Of a stretch of 64,000 nucleotides of DNA, positions 1-10,139 are shown one piece after another. Source of the DNA: an uncultured Desulfatitalea sp. (GTDB lineage Bacteria; Desulfobacterota; Desulfobacteria; Desulfobacterales; Desulfosarcinaceae); the NCBI GenBank assembly GCA_963668675.2, contig CAXXMB010000001.1, positions 896,001 to 960,000 of the forward strand, given 5' to 3'. Every line of letters starts with the position of its first letter. The stretch's first letter is position 1. The notes under the pieces were generated by a model. It searched no databases and was not told where the DNA came from. It was given only the letters and a program-made list of their open reading frames with translations. A program made the position numbers and the translations under genes.

Positions 1-582
1 ATATTCAGACTCGCTGGAGACCTGCTGTCTTCGCTCCCTCGCCTCCTGATCGTCAATCAGGCCGGCATTCAGATCGGCATCGATGCTCATCTGTTTGCCC
101 GGCATGGCATCCAGGGTGAAACGGGCCGCGACTTCTGCGATGCGACCGGCGCCCTTGGTGATGACCACGAAATTGACCACCACCAGGATGACAAAAACAA
201 TGAGTCCGACCAGGTAGTTGCCTCCGACCACAAAACTGCCGAAGGCCATGATCACCTTACCGGCGGCCGAGACCCCCTCCTCTCCACGCAGCAAAATCAA
301 TCGCGTGGAAGCGATGTTGAGGGATAAGCGAAAAAGGGTGGCCAGCAACAAGATGGTTGGAAAGGCCGAAAAGTCCATTGGTTTGATCACGTACATGCCA
401 ACCAGGAGGATCATCAAGGCAAAGGTGATGTTGAAGGTGAGGAACAGGTCGAGCATCATGGGCGGAATGGGAATGATCATCACCATGAGAATACACATGG
501 TGGCGAATCCCATCAGCACATCGGTATTCTTGGTGATGAGGGAGAGGCGGTCGCTCAGGGTTCTTGTTCCGGCAATTTCCAT
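1..582 (-). CDS. flhA: Flagellar export gate protein FlhA, N-terminal part (runs off the window)
   Basis: Minus frame from ATG at 582 reads MEIAGTRTL...[22 protein letters not shown]...[15 protein letters not shown]...[35 protein letters not shown], the FHIPEP signature; lies downstream of flhB. Confidence 0.95.
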   Translation of the reverse strand, partial: MEIAGTRTLSDRLSLITKNTDVLMGFATMCILMVMIIPIPPMMLDLFLTFNITFALMILLVGMYVIKPMDFSAFPTILLLATLFRLSLNIASTRLILLRGEEGVSAAGKVIMAFGSFVVGGNYLVGLIVFVILVVVNFVVITKGAGRIAEVAARFTLDAMPGKQMSIDADLNAGLIDDQEARERRQQVSSESEY

Positions 583-632
583 CGTATCGATTCACACTCC
601 ATGGTGGTTTGGGCTTATCGTTGAGATGATTT

Positions 633-648
633 TGCATTTTCCATGCCT
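633..648 (-). promoter_or_regulatory. sigma54 -24/-12 promoter for flhA
   Basis: Minus strand AGGCATGGAAAATGCA (GG-N10-GC), about 50 bp upstream of the start. Confidence 0.7.
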
Positions 649-843
649 GAGCAGTACACGACGCTGCCGGCGTGGTAAAAATTTTTATCCTATTGTATTC
701 TTTGTATTATCGATTTACCACACAGAATGCGGAGGCCTGCTCAGAGGCGCAATTCACCAACCGTTTGCCGGAGCGTCAAAATACCGCCGTCATCCTTTGC
801 GTCCTAGACGAGAGGAACAAATGCGTGGAGATGGAATGCGGTG

Positions 844-1914
844 TTAAGATGCAGGAACCAGGCCTTTCAAGCGATAGACATAGGCCAGTACCTCTGCAAC
901 AGCCTGGTAGAGCTCCACCGGAATCTGCTGTCCGATTTCAACATCCTTATACATGGCTCTTGCCAGAGGTTTCTGCTCGATGACGGGAATATCGTGTTCG
1001 GTGGCGATCGTTCTGATCTTGGCGGCGATATGACCCGCACCTTTGGCAACCACCAGGGGCGCGGGCATGTTGCGGTCGAATTTCAGTGCGATGGCCAGAT
1101 GGGTCGGGTTGGTGATGACAACGGTGGCGTCGGGCACCGCTTCCATCATGCGCTGCATGGCCATCTCGCGTTGGGCGGCCCGTATGCGGGAGCGAACCAT
1201 GGGATCGCCTTCACGCTGCTTGAACTCGTCTTTCACTTCCTGCTTGGTCATGCGAAGATCGCGTTCGTGCTTCCAAATCTGGAAAAAGAGGTCCAGAGCG
1301 GCCAGTATGATCAGTACCAGGCAGGTGTAAAATCCGAGTTTCAGCGCGACGCGTCCGAAAAAGGAGAGGATCGACATGATATCCAGCTCGATCAGGGCGG
1401 GAATCTTATCCATCTCGCCCCGCAGCATGGCGTAGGAGACGCCGCCGATAATAGCCACCTTCAATATCGACTTGAGCAGCTCGACCAGGGAGGAGATGGA
1501 GAAGAGCCGTTTGATGCCTTTGAGCGGATTCATCTTGGAGAATTTGGGTGACATCGTTTCACCGGTGAACATCAAACCCGTCTGGGCGATATTGCCACAG
1601 ACACCGGCGACGGCAACGGTGGCGATGAGCGGGGCCAGCAAGACGATGATCTTCAGAAATAGCTGCCACAAAAGCGCATGGGTGCTCTCAACGCCCAGTT
1701 GAATATAGGCGATCTGCTGGTAAACCGAGCGCATGATATCGCCGAGCTGATTGAACATCCAGCCACCGGCGAAATAGAATACCGACAGGGCACTGAGCAG
1801 CACCAGCACCGAAGGAATCTCTCTGCTTTTGGCGACTTGCCCTTTTTTCCGCGCCTCCTGGCGCTTCTTAGGGGTCGCCTTTTCAGTTTTTTCCTGGTCG
1901 TTTTCTTCCGCCAT
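844..1914 (-). CDS. flhB: Flagellar export switch protein FlhB
   Basis: EKTEKATPKKRQEARKKGQV N-terminus; NPTH autocleavage motif. Confidence 0.97.
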   Translation of the reverse strand: MAEENDQEKTEKATPKKRQEARKKGQVAKSREIPSVLVLLSALSVFYFAGGWMFNQLGDIMRSVYQQIAYIQLGVESTHALLWQLFLKIIVLLAPLIATVAVAGVCGNIAQTGLMFTGETMSPKFSKMNPLKGIKRLFSISSLVELLKSILKVAIIGGVSYAMLRGEMDKIPALIELDIMSILSFFGRVALKLGFYTCLVLIILAALDLFFQIWKHERDLRMTKQEVKDEFKQREGDPMVRSRIRAAQREMAMQRMMEAVPDATVVITNPTHLAIALKFDRNMPAPLVVAKGAGHIAAKIRTIATEHDIPVIEQKPLARAMYKDVEIGQQIPVELYQAVAEVLAYVYRLKGLVPAS

Positions 1915-1929
1915 ATTCGTTTTCCTATA

Positions 1930-2706
1930 TTAAAAAAGCCCTATCAGGCGAACGATATCGAGACCCAGTTTCTTGAATGCTTTTTCGAAAAAAACCATGC
2001 AGAACGGCAATGAAATACCGAGAAATGCCAACCCCAGGATGATCTGTAGCGGCATGGCCACGATAAAAATCTGCATCTGGGGGACTGTACGCGCAGTCAG
2101 CGCCAGTGCGCATTGGGTCAGAAGGAGGGCCACCATCACCGGAGCGCCGATCTTTACAGCGATGGTGAAAAGATTGGCCGCCATCATCATGATAAAATTC
2201 AGAATCTGCCCATTCAAATGAACACCGAACGGCGGTATGAGTTCAAACGAGTCTACGAGGGCCTTAATAAAGTAGAAATGACCATTGACCGTAAAAAAGA
2301 TCATCAATGCGAAGAGGTTCAAAAATTGCGACAAAATAGGGATCTGGAGACTGGATGCGGGATCGACCACATTGGCAATGGCAAAACCCATCTGAAACCC
2401 GGCCAATTGTCCTGCCAGCTGAACGCCGGCAAAAAAGAGCTGTACCGAGAGCCCTATAATCAGTCCCACTGCAGCCTCTCCAGCAATCCCCAGGGCCAGT
2501 TGAACGGGGTTGCCGATAACCGAAATCCCCTGAAGATCAAGCTGGGGCATGAGCATGACACTCACTGCCATGGCCAGGCTTGCCTTGACCATTCGGGGGA
2601 CATTGCGAGCTTCGAGGAAAGGGATCGAAAAGAGAATGGCACCCACCCGTACCAATACAAACATGAAGAGCTGAACCTGTTCGATCGGCAAATTGAGCAA
2701 CAGCAT
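1930..2706 (-). CDS. fliR: Flagellar export protein FliR
   Basis: Hydrophobic 258 aa; AGQLAGFQMGF and RTVPQMQIF motifs; gene order. Confidence 0.95.
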   Translation of the reverse strand: MLLLNLPIEQVQLFMFVLVRVGAILFSIPFLEARNVPRMVKASLAMAVSVMLMPQLDLQGISVIGNPVQLALGIAGEAAVGLIIGLSVQLFFAGVQLAGQLAGFQMGFAIANVVDPASSLQIPILSQFLNLFALMIFFTVNGHFYFIKALVDSFELIPPFGVHLNGQILNFIMMMAANLFTIAVKIGAPVMVALLLTQCALALTARTVPQMQIFIVAMPLQIILGLAFLGISLPFCMVFFEKAFKKLGLDIVRLIGLF

Positions 2707-2774
2707 GGGGCATCGTCCTTTTCAGATCAACCCATTTCCTGATCTATCACTTTGTTTATAATGTCTTAAATCGT

Positions 2775-3044
2775 CTATTTTAAATACATTGGTATGTTGA
2801 TAAACAATTTGCCTGCGAAGTCGGTGATGATGCCCAGCATCCACGGGAAAAAGACCAAAAGCGCCAGGGCGACGCCTAACATCTTGGGGACAAAGACCAG
2901 CGTCATCTCATTGATCTGGGTTGCGGCCTGGAACATACTGACCAATATACCGACCGTCAGACCGACGGCCAGCATGGGGCCTGCCAGCATGATCGCCGTC
3001 TTGATGGCTTGCAGAAAAAAGCTGGTGATAAACTCAGGGGACAT
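2775..3044 (-). CDS. fliQ: Flagellar export protein FliQ
   Basis: FQAATQINEMTLVFVPK motif; ATG at 3044 follows an AGGAGG RBS. Confidence 0.95.
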   Translation of the reverse strand: MSPEFITSFFLQAIKTAIMLAGPMLAVGLTVGILVSMFQAATQINEMTLVFVPKMLGVALALLVFFPWMLGIITDFAGKLFINIPMYLK

Positions 3045-3056
3045 CTCGAACACCTC

Positions 3057-3830
3057 CTATATGGCAAAACTTTTAACCAGTGAGCCGATGATCAAATACC
3101 ATCCGTCTGTCAACACGAAGATCATGAGCTTAAACGGCAGGGAGACCATCACCGGCGGGAGCATCATCATACCCATGGAGAGCAACACACTGGCCACCAC
3201 CATATCGATGATCAGAAAAGGGATGTAGAGCATGAAACCGATCTGAAACGCTGTTTTCAACTCGCTGATGATGAAAGCCGGAATCAATACGGTGGTCGGC
3301 ACATCGTCCATATTTTTGGGGCGCTCCATCTTGGCGATACCGACCATGAGCGCCAGGTCTTTTTCACGGGTCTGTTTGATCATGAACCCCCTGATGGGGA
3401 TTATCGCCCGCTCGAAGGCTTCTGAGGACGTGAGCTGGTTATCGAGGTAGGGCTTTACCGCCTCCTGATTCACGTTTTGCCACACCGGCGTCATGACGAA
3501 AAAGGTGAGAAAGAGCGATAGACCTATGATGACCTGGGTAGGCGGCAGTTGGGCAGCCCCGATGGCCTGGCGAAGCAAAGACAATACAATGGAGATGCGG
3601 GTAAAGCAGGTCACCATTACGAGGATCGACGGCGCCAGCGAGAGCACCGTCATCAATAAAAAAATTTGTAACACGACGCCGACTTTGCCTGAATTTTCAC
3701 CCTGGGCCACATCGATGCTGATGAGACCAGGCCCATTGCCCGGATCAGCGGCTTGCACCGTGTCCAACGGCGCCAGAAAGAGAGTGATCACGACCATCGC
3801 TGCAAGCAGATATTTGTTCATAGTCACCAT
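3057..3830 (-). CDS. fliP: Flagellar export protein FliP
   Basis: [18 protein letters not shown] and MGMMMLPP motifs. Confidence 0.97.
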   Translation of the reverse strand: MVTMNKYLLAAMVVITLFLAPLDTVQAADPGNGPGLISIDVAQGENSGKVGVVLQIFLLMTVLSLAPSILVMVTCFTRISIVLSLLRQAIGAAQLPPTQVIIGLSLFLTFFVMTPVWQNVNQEAVKPYLDNQLTSSEAFERAIIPIRGFMIKQTREKDLALMVGIAKMERPKNMDDVPTTVLIPAFIISELKTAFQIGFMLYIPFLIIDMVVASVLLSMGMMMLPPVMVSLPFKLMIFVLTDGWYLIIGSLVKSFAI

Positions 3831-3835
3831 AATCG

Positions 3836-4246
3836 CTATTCCGCCTTGGGACTGCCGGCAACGATCGTTTTCGATCGATTTACATCCATCGGACGAAGCA
3901 TGCGCTGAAGCTGCTCTTTGAATCCCTCTCTTTTGGCGTACTGGGCAGGTGTGTCGGACAGGGAGGCCAACACCTGGGGATCATCGATTTGGGTTAACAG
4001 GTTGATGCGATCACCGCCGAGGCCGAGCACCAGAACGGTGCCCGGCACCTGCACTACGGCAATGGATTTTTTAACCCCCAGATAGCGGCTGCCCAACACC
4101 TTGATCAATTGCCCTTTTCCAGCGGCTGCGCCGGCCGGAAGGGAACGCCGGGTCCAGCGATAGACGAGCCACAGAATGGTCAACACAAGACCCAGGGAGA
4201 GCACCATTTTAATGGCCGCCATCGTCAAGTCGGGTGCGTGGTTCAT
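3836..4246 (-). CDS. fliO: Flagellar biosynthesis protein FliO
   Basis: One N-terminal TM helix then [12 protein letters not shown]; between fliN and fliP. Confidence 0.85.
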   Translation of the reverse strand: MNHAPDLTMAAIKMVLSLGLVLTILWLVYRWTRRSLPAGAAAGKGQLIKVLGSRYLGVKKSIAVVQVPGTVLVLGLGGDRINLLTQIDDPQVLASLSDTPAQYAKREGFKEQLQRMLRPMDVNRSKTIVAGSPKAE

Positions 4247-4668
4247 TTAAGTTTCTCCAGTCGCTCCACCGGGCTGATCACTTCGGTCAAACGAATACCG
4301 TACTTGTCGTTCATCACAACCACATCGCCCTTGGCAATCAACCTGTTGTTGGCCAATATCTCGAGTGTCTCCCCGGCCGGTTTGGAGAGTTCGATGACCG
4401 AACCCTGACCCAGTTTGAGCAGGTCGTGAATCAACATTTTGGTGTGCCCAAGCTCGACCGTAATCTCCAACGGGATATCGAGGATGAAATCCAAGTTGGC
4501 CGGTTTGCCGCCATCGGTTTTATTTTTCAACCCGGAAAAGGCATGGGGAGGCTGCCCCACCTTCGCGGGAGGCTGCTCATCGGCACCGCCGTGTTGCTGG
4601 GCAATGGAATTGGGATCACCTTGACCGGGATGGAGGCTGCCGTTTGTCTGTGTCGTATCTTCCGCCAT
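4243..4668 (-). CDS. fliN: Motor switch protein FliN
   Basis: SpoA domain ILDIPLEITVELG...GDVVVMNDKYGIRL. Confidence 0.95.
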   Translation of the reverse strand: MAEDTTQTNGSLHPGQGDPNSIAQQHGGADEQPPAKVGQPPHAFSGLKNKTDGGKPANLDFILDIPLEITVELGHTKMLIHDLLKLGQGSVIELSKPAGETLEILANNRLIAKGDVVVMNDKYGIRLTEVISPVERLEKLK

Positions 4669-4674
4669 GGTATC

Positions 4675-5658
4675 CTATTCTCCTTCGTCATTTTTTATGA
4701 GCGTCGAAATCTGAACGGCCCGATTCCCTTTGAGTGTCCCCGGCATCCCCAGATATTTGGGTGTCCCCTCTATTTTGAGTGTGACCGGGTCCTGGGGACC
4801 CGAATTGATCCTGACCACATCGCCCCTCTCGAGGTTGAGTATGTTTCCGATGGTGTAGACGGTTTTCCCTAGCTCGGCCACCATTTTGACCTTGGTGTCC
4901 TGCAGCAAGACCGAGAGCTGGGAGCGGAATGCGTGCGCGCGGTCCTTTTCGCGCAGATACCTTGAAGAGAGCTTGTCCTTGACCGGTTCGAGCATCAAAT
5001 AGGGAGTGCAGATGTGGATGTTGCCGGCAAATTCATCTCCGGCCACTGAAAAGACGAAGATCAACACCAGATCGCCTGGGCTGACCAAATTGACGAATTC
5101 GGGTTTGCACTCCGTCTTTTTTTGAAACACCTTAATGTCGTATGCCACCTTCCATGCACGCTCCAGCTCGGTCAAGACCTCGGTGTAAAAGCGTTTCAGC
5201 ATGCGCTGTTCGATCTGGGTGAATTCGCGCACTTTGGCAAGGGGGCGTCCGACACCGCCGAACATACTATCGATCAGGGCAAAACAGAGATTGGGCTCCG
5301 CGGCCAACATTGCCGAACCGATCAATGGCTCCATGGAATAGATGCTGAAACCGGTGGGGTTGGAGAAGGCGCGCAGGAATTCACCGAACTTTACGATCTC
5401 TTTGGAGACCTGTTTCACCTCGATAGCGCGCTGCAGCGAACTGGACAGCGACACGTTGAGCAGGTTGACGAATTTATCATAAACCTCGTCCAGGGCATCG
5501 AACTGATCCCTCAACGTCAGGCTCTGGGAGGTCAGGTCGTATGCACGGGCCTCTGCCTTGACTTGGGGTTTTATCTCCTCTTCGACTTCAACTTCGCCGC
5601 TGTCCATAGCGTTGAGCAGCGCATCGATCTCTTCCTGGGAAAGTATCTGTTCAGCCAT
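4675..5658 (-). CDS. fliM: Motor switch protein FliM
   Basis: CheY-binding ILSQEEIDALL; FGG motif; C-terminal SpoA domain. Confidence 0.97.
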   Translation of the reverse strand: MAEQILSQEEIDALLNAMDSGEVEVEEEIKPQVKAEARAYDLTSQSLTLRDQFDALDEVYDKFVNLLNVSLSSSLQRAIEVKQVSKEIVKFGEFLRAFSNPTGFSIYSMEPLIGSAMLAAEPNLCFALIDSMFGGVGRPLAKVREFTQIEQRMLKRFYTEVLTELERAWKVAYDIKVFQKKTECKPEFVNLVSPGDLVLIFVFSVAGDEFAGNIHICTPYLMLEPVKDKLSSRYLREKDRAHAFRSQLSVLLQDTKVKMVAELGKTVYTIGNILNLERGDVVRINSGPQDPVTLKIEGTPKYLGMPGTLKGNRAVQISTLIKNDEGE

Positions 5659-5673
5659 GAGAGCAGCTCCTGC

Positions 5674-6147
5674 TTACTGGACGACGAATTCGGTGAAGTA
5701 AATGGTGGTGACGGTGCCTTTTTTCAGGATCGCGTTCATTTTTGCGATCAGTTCGTCGCGTAGTGTAATCTTGCCTTCGGTTCCACTGATGTCCGAATAC
5801 TGTTTGCTGGGCAGCACCATGAGGATGGTGTCACGCAATTGGGGCATCCTGAGATTGATCTCTTCCAGGACTTCAGGCGTGCTCAACTCCAGCTCCATGG
5901 TGATTCTCAAGTAGCGCTTGCCCCCCTGATCCGCCAGATTGACGATCAACGTATCCATCTTTAATGTGGGCAGGATCGGCGACTCCTCCTCTACGGTCTC
6001 TTCGGTGGCGTTTCCGTCTGCATTTTGCATTTGAACCTGGGCAAGGGTGGTGTTCATCTTGGTCCACATCAGAAAAAAACCACCGCCCATCATCCCTATC
6101 ATCAGAACGGCTACCCCTAGAATGATCACTAACATTTTTGTGGACAT
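5674..6147 (-). CDS. fliL: Basal body-associated protein FliL
   Basis: N-terminal TM helix; IVNLAD...RYL; C-terminal IYFTEFVVQ. Confidence 0.93.
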   Translation of the reverse strand: MSTKMLVIILGVAVLMIGMMGGGFFLMWTKMNTTLAQVQMQNADGNATEETVEEESPILPTLKMDTLIVNLADQGGKRYLRITMELELSTPEVLEEINLRMPQLRDTILMVLPSKQYSDISGTEGKITLRDELIAKMNAILKKGTVTTIYFTEFVVQ

Positions 6148-6174
6148 GCTCTACTCCTTCAGTCGGTCGTGTCC

Positions 6175-6882
6175 CTAAACATTCGGGCCGGCGTTCGCCT
6201 CCTGACCCAAAATAATTTCAACGCGCCGGTTAGCAGCGCGGTTCGCCTCAGAATCGTTGGCGGCTTTTGGTTTGAAAGATCCATATCCGGCGGCCGAAAG
6301 CAGCTCCGGCGCGATGCCGGTTTGTTTGGCGAAAAATTTAACCACATTGACAGCCCTTGCCGCCGAAAGCTCCCAGTTGGAGGGGTAGCGCTCGGTGGCA
6401 ATGGGCAGATCGTCGGTGTGCCCTTCGACCCGAATTTGGCGCTTCATCGGTTTAATCACAGCCCCTATGCGCTGCAACAATTTAACTCCCTGCTCTGTCA
6501 TCCGGGCGCTTCCGGACTGAAAAAGCATTCGATCGTTCAGGGTAAGCTTGATACCCTTGCGTGTGTATTCAGCCTTGAGCCCATCCGCTTCGGGCAATGC
6601 CTTGATGGTATCTTCGTTCTGCGCCTCTTTTGCTTTTCCGTCCGTCCACTGGTGGTCGCTGATCAATCCCTCGTCGCCATGGCGTCCTGAATTCATTACG
6701 CCCATGGCGCTCTGCAGGCCATTCTGGAAATTTGCAAAACGGTTCACATCGATATGGCCCATTGAGAAGAGCAGCACAAAGAAGACCATCAACAGGGTGA
6801 TCAGGTCGTTGAAGGTGATCAACCATCGATTTTGTAACGGTGCCTGATCGGATAAGGCCGTTGGGCCTCTCTGTCTGATCAT
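6175..6882 (-). CDS. motB: Stator B subunit (MotB/PomB-like, Asp present)
   Basis: WLITFNDLITLLMVFFVLL TM helix; OmpA-like domain EGHTDD...NWELSAARA...NRRVEI. Confidence 0.9.
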   Translation of the reverse strand: MIRQRGPTALSDQAPLQNRWLITFNDLITLLMVFFVLLFSMGHIDVNRFANFQNGLQSAMGVMNSGRHGDEGLISDHQWTDGKAKEAQNEDTIKALPEADGLKAEYTRKGIKLTLNDRMLFQSGSARMTEQGVKLLQRIGAVIKPMKRQIRVEGHTDDLPIATERYPSNWELSAARAVNVVKFFAKQTGIAPELLSAAGYGSFKPKAANDSEANRAANRRVEIILGQEANAGPNV

Positions 6883-6884
6883 GA

Positions 6885-7613
6885 TCAGCCCTGCCTCCCC
6901 TCCACGTTAAAGACCAAGTCGACCCGACGGTTCCTCGCCCGGCCGGCACGGTCCTCATTTGAAACCAGTGGCCTGAATTCGGAATAACCGATGGCCGAAA
7001 GCAGCCCCGCATTCACGCCGACGGAGTGGTTTAGATAGCGTAGGACCGATATGGCCCGGGCAGTGGAGAGCTCCCAATTGGATGGGAAACGATCGGTGCG
7101 AATAGGCCTGTCGTCGGTGTGCCCCTGTATCTCGACTGGCACGCCGATCTTTTCGATCAGATGTCCAATCTTGCTTAAAATTGCCGAGGCCTCGCTGGTC
7201 AGGGTCGCCGAGGAGCTCTCGAACAGCAATTTGTTTTTCAAGCGCAGGACGACCCTCCCCTTCTGCTGCTCGAGTTCAATCTGATCCAGCCCCTCCTCAA
7301 GGCTCACATGACGCACCTTCTCGAACAGCATCGCACTCAGGTCCTCTTTGGCCAGCAGGTTGAGTTTGGCATCGAGCATGGTGTCTCCCTCTTCAATGCT
7401 CTGCCCGCCGTCGAAAACGCTGACCGCATTGGAAAAAGAGCTCGCAAAGCGCGTGATTTTGGATGGATCCAGAGAAGCAAAGGAGGTGAGCATCACAAAG
7501 AAACAGAGCATGATCAGGATAAACCCCGTATAGACGATCTGCCAGCCATCTTTGGACCGATCGGTCCCGGGTGAGGATTGTGAAGCGTGCTTATGGAAGC
7601 GACTCAGTATCAC
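6885..7613 (-). CDS. Second MotB-like stator subunit lacking the conserved TM Asp
   Basis: WQIVYTGFILIMLCFFVML TM helix; OmpA-like domain GHTDD...NWELSTARA...NRRVDL. Confidence 0.85.
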   Translation of the reverse strand: MILSRFHKHASQSSPGTDRSKDGWQIVYTGFILIMLCFFVMLTSFASLDPSKITRFASSFSNAVSVFDGGQSIEEGDTMLDAKLNLLAKEDLSAMLFEKVRHVSLEEGLDQIELEQQKGRVVLRLKNKLLFESSSATLTSEASAILSKIGHLIEKIGVPVEIQGHTDDRPIRTDRFPSNWELSTARAISVLRYLNHSVGVNAGLLSAIGYSEFRPLVSNEDRAGRARNRRVDLVFNVEGRQG

Positions 7614-7614
7614 C

Positions 7615-8397
7615 TCAAGCCCCCATCTCTTCTACCAGGCGCGCTTTTGGGGAGAGAAACGCCTTGAGCTTTTCGGAAACGATGCGATGATTGTCTCCGG
7701 ATTGAATGGCCAGAATCCCCTGAACCACCATCTGTTTGGTGAGGATCTCCTGCCGGCTGCGTACCCTGAGTTTGCCCGAAATAGGCAAAAACAGCAGGTT
7801 GGCCAAGAGAACGCCGTAAAAAGTGGTCAGCAGTGCCACGGCCATGGGCGCGCCAATGGCGGATGGATCCTTCATCTGCATCAGCATCTGCACCAGACCG
7901 ATAATGGTCCCCAGCATCCCCACTGCCGGGGCAAAGGTGCCCATGGTCGAATAGATCTCGGCCCCCAGACGATGTCGCTCCTCCAGCCATAAGATCTCTG
8001 TATTGAGCACCTCCTCGATGGCGTCGTTCTCCATACCGTCGATGGCCATCTGCATGGCTCGGGACAAGAAGGGATCGTCGATCTCTTTGAGGTACTTCTC
8101 AAAGGCAAGGATCCCCTCCCTTCTTGTTCGTTTGGCGAAATCGACCATGGTGGGAATGATGCTCAACGGGCTAGGCGTTCGGTGCCGGAATGCGTTCTTG
8201 GTCACCTTGAACATGCTGACCAGATCCGAAATCGGATAGTTGATCAGTGTCGCACCCATTGTACCCCCCAGGACGATCATCAGGGAGGGGTAGCTGATGA
8301 ACCATGCTGCGGATCCGCCCATCAGGATTGAGACGAAAACGAGTCCGCTGGCGACGGCTATTCCAAGCAGTGTGGCTAAATCCAAGATATCCTCCAA
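7615..8397 (-). CDS. motA: Stator A subunit (MotA/PomA-like)
   Basis: APAVGMLGTIIGL and MAVALLTTFYG motifs. Confidence 0.95.
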   Translation of the reverse strand: MEDILDLATLLGIAVASGLVFVSILMGGSAAWFISYPSLMIVLGGTMGATLINYPISDLVSMFKVTKNAFRHRTPSPLSIIPTMVDFAKRTRREGILAFEKYLKEIDDPFLSRAMQMAIDGMENDAIEEVLNTEILWLEERHRLGAEIYSTMGTFAPAVGMLGTIIGLVQMLMQMKDPSAIGAPMAVALLTTFYGVLLANLLFLPISGKLRVRSRQEILTKQMVVQGILAIQSGDNHRIVSEKLKAFLSPKARLVEEMGA

Positions 8398-8438
8398 GGG
8401 ATGTTGATACGGTAAATCTCTAACCCGTTTAAGAGGTT

Positions 8439-8454
8439 AGCATGGAGTGTGCCA
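8439..8454 (-). promoter_or_regulatory. sigma54 promoter for the motA-to-flhB operon
   Basis: Minus strand TGGCACACTCCATGCT. Confidence 0.8.
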
Positions 8455-8627
8455 CAAGCGAGATAATCGACATAAGGGGATGATCGCGGCAAAAAACAAT
8501 TTTATCTTATTAATTTATTTATAAAATATTATTTTGAAGCTTTTGACTGAAATAGCTGAGGTAGGTAAAAATCAAAATGATAGAGTAACGGCGCCATTCG
8601 ATTTCCTGTCACTTTTCAAGGATGCGA

Positions 8628-8641
8628 GTCAACGCTTTGAC
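8628..8641. promoter_or_regulatory. FleQ-type enhancer box
   Basis: Palindrome GTCAACGCTTTGAC about 175 bp upstream of the motA sigma54 promoter. Confidence 0.55.
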
Positions 8642-8668
8642 GGGGGATGGAAAATTAGGAGGTCACTT

Positions 8669-8761
8669 GGGCGGGGATAAACCCCGCCCCTGCAATACCA
8701 CTGTATTACATCGAAATTTCTTTCTTCACAAACCTCGTAGGGGCGGGCTTTACGCCCGCCC
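8669..8761. repeat. Pair of inverted GTAG-family REP elements
   Basis: GGGCGGGGATAAACCCCGCCCCTGC at 8669-8693 and GTAGGGGCGGGCTTTACGCCCGCCC at 8737-8761. Confidence 0.75.
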
Positions 8762-8801
8762 GCACCTGCATCTGTGCAATGACAATTTGGATAGAGTCGG
8801 C

Positions 8802-10022
8802 TTACCGTTTGATATTGATCAATTCGGACAGCACCTCGTCGCTGGTGGTGATCACTTTGGAGTTTGCCTGGAATGCGCGCTGGGTGGTAATCAGGGCCAC
8901 GAACTCCTGAGCCAGATCCACGTTGGACATCTCCAAACTGCTTGGCGCTATGGCGCCCACGCCTGCCGTGTTGGGAACCGAGATGACCGGCTGTCCCGAA
9001 GCCAGAGATGAGGTGAACATGTTGCTGCCCTGTTTGGCAAGGCCAGCGTAGCTGGCGAAGTCCGCCACGGCGATCTGAGCAAAGGGGGACATGGTGCCGT
9101 TCGAATAGAGCGCCGTGAATATTCCGTCCTCATCGACCGAGATGCCCTGAAGCATGCCACTCGGATAGCCGTCCTGGGTTTGGGAGGTCTTTACTGAAGA
9201 GCCGGCATACTGGGTGATCGAGCCATCCGAAGCGTTGGCTGCATCCAGAATGGTCCAATCGATATTCAGCGTTTCGCCCGGTAGCGTCAATACAATTTGT
9301 GGATCAGTAGAGGCCGGGACGGATGTTCCCGGGACGAGGTTGCCGCTGGCGTCGAATCGAAACTCGTTGGGAGTGCCGACTGCAGGGGTGGCCGTTCCGG
9401 TGGAGGGGACGACATAGTAGTCCCAACGGTCTGCCGCCCGAACGAAATTGAAGTTGAGCTCAACCGAGTTTCCAACCGAATCATAAACCGACACGGTCGT
9501 GTCGAACGTATCCCCTACTGCAGCACTGGCATCGAGATTGATCCCCATGGTGACTTCGGTGGTGGCCTGGGGGGTGCTGATGCCATTGGGCAGCGCGATG
9601 GTCCCGAGGGCCCCCACATTGCCGGCCGGATCGATGGAATAGCCCTGAACTTCGAGGCCATCCGAATTGACCAGCAGGTTGCTGCCATCAAATTCGAACT
9701 GCCCGGCGCGGGTATAGTATTGGCCGTTGTTGGACGGGTCGCGCACGATGAACATACCCGGCCCGTTGATGGCAAGATCGGTGACCGTGTTGGTGGTCTC
9801 CATGGTGCCCGAATTCCAGTTTGCGGAGGTGCCGCTCATGGTGACGCCGCGTCCGATCTGATTCCGACTCTGTCCCAACGTCGCATTGAATACGTTGGAA
9901 AACTCCACCCTGGATGTCTTGAACCCGGTGGTGTTGACATTGGCGATGTTGTCGCCGATGACCGCCATAGCACTGGTATTGGCTTTCAAGCCCGATATTC
10001 CTGAATAAAGCGATCCGATCAT
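8802..10022 (-). CDS. flgE: Flagellar hook protein FlgE
   Basis: SLYSGISGL...IGDNIANVNTTGFK; YTRAGQF; LEMSNVDLAQEF. Confidence 0.97.
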   Translation of the reverse strand: MIGSLYSGISGLKANTSAMAVIGDNIANVNTTGFKTSRVEFSNVFNATLGQSRNQIGRGVTMSGTSANWNSGTMETTNTVTDLAINGPGMFIVRDPSNNGQYYTRAGQFEFDGSNLLVNSDGLEVQGYSIDPAGNVGALGTIALPNGISTPQATTEVTMGINLDASAAVGDTFDTTVSVYDSVGNSVELNFNFVRAADRWDYYVVPSTGTATPAVGTPNEFRFDASGNLVPGTSVPASTDPQIVLTLPGETLNIDWTILDAANASDGSITQYAGSSVKTSQTQDGYPSGMLQGISVDEDGIFTALYSNGTMSPFAQIAVADFASYAGLAKQGSNMFTSSLASGQPVISVPNTAGVGAIAPSSLEMSNVDLAQEFVALITTQRAFQANSKVITTSDEVLSELINIKR

Positions 10023-10139
10023 GGTGATACTCCCTTTTTTGAAGTTGAATTGCTGCTGTTATGCATATTGAATGTGATCGTGTTGTTTTGATTAAGGTCT
10101 CGTTCGTTTTGGAACCCACCCGCTAAATCTCTACAACTC

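Noticed and set aside
218..847. 209-aa plus-strand ORF and the many similar antisense or alternate-frame ORFs in the track
   Set aside because: They overlap well-supported genes (here flhA), lack recognisable motifs and are expected shadows in GC-rich coding DNA
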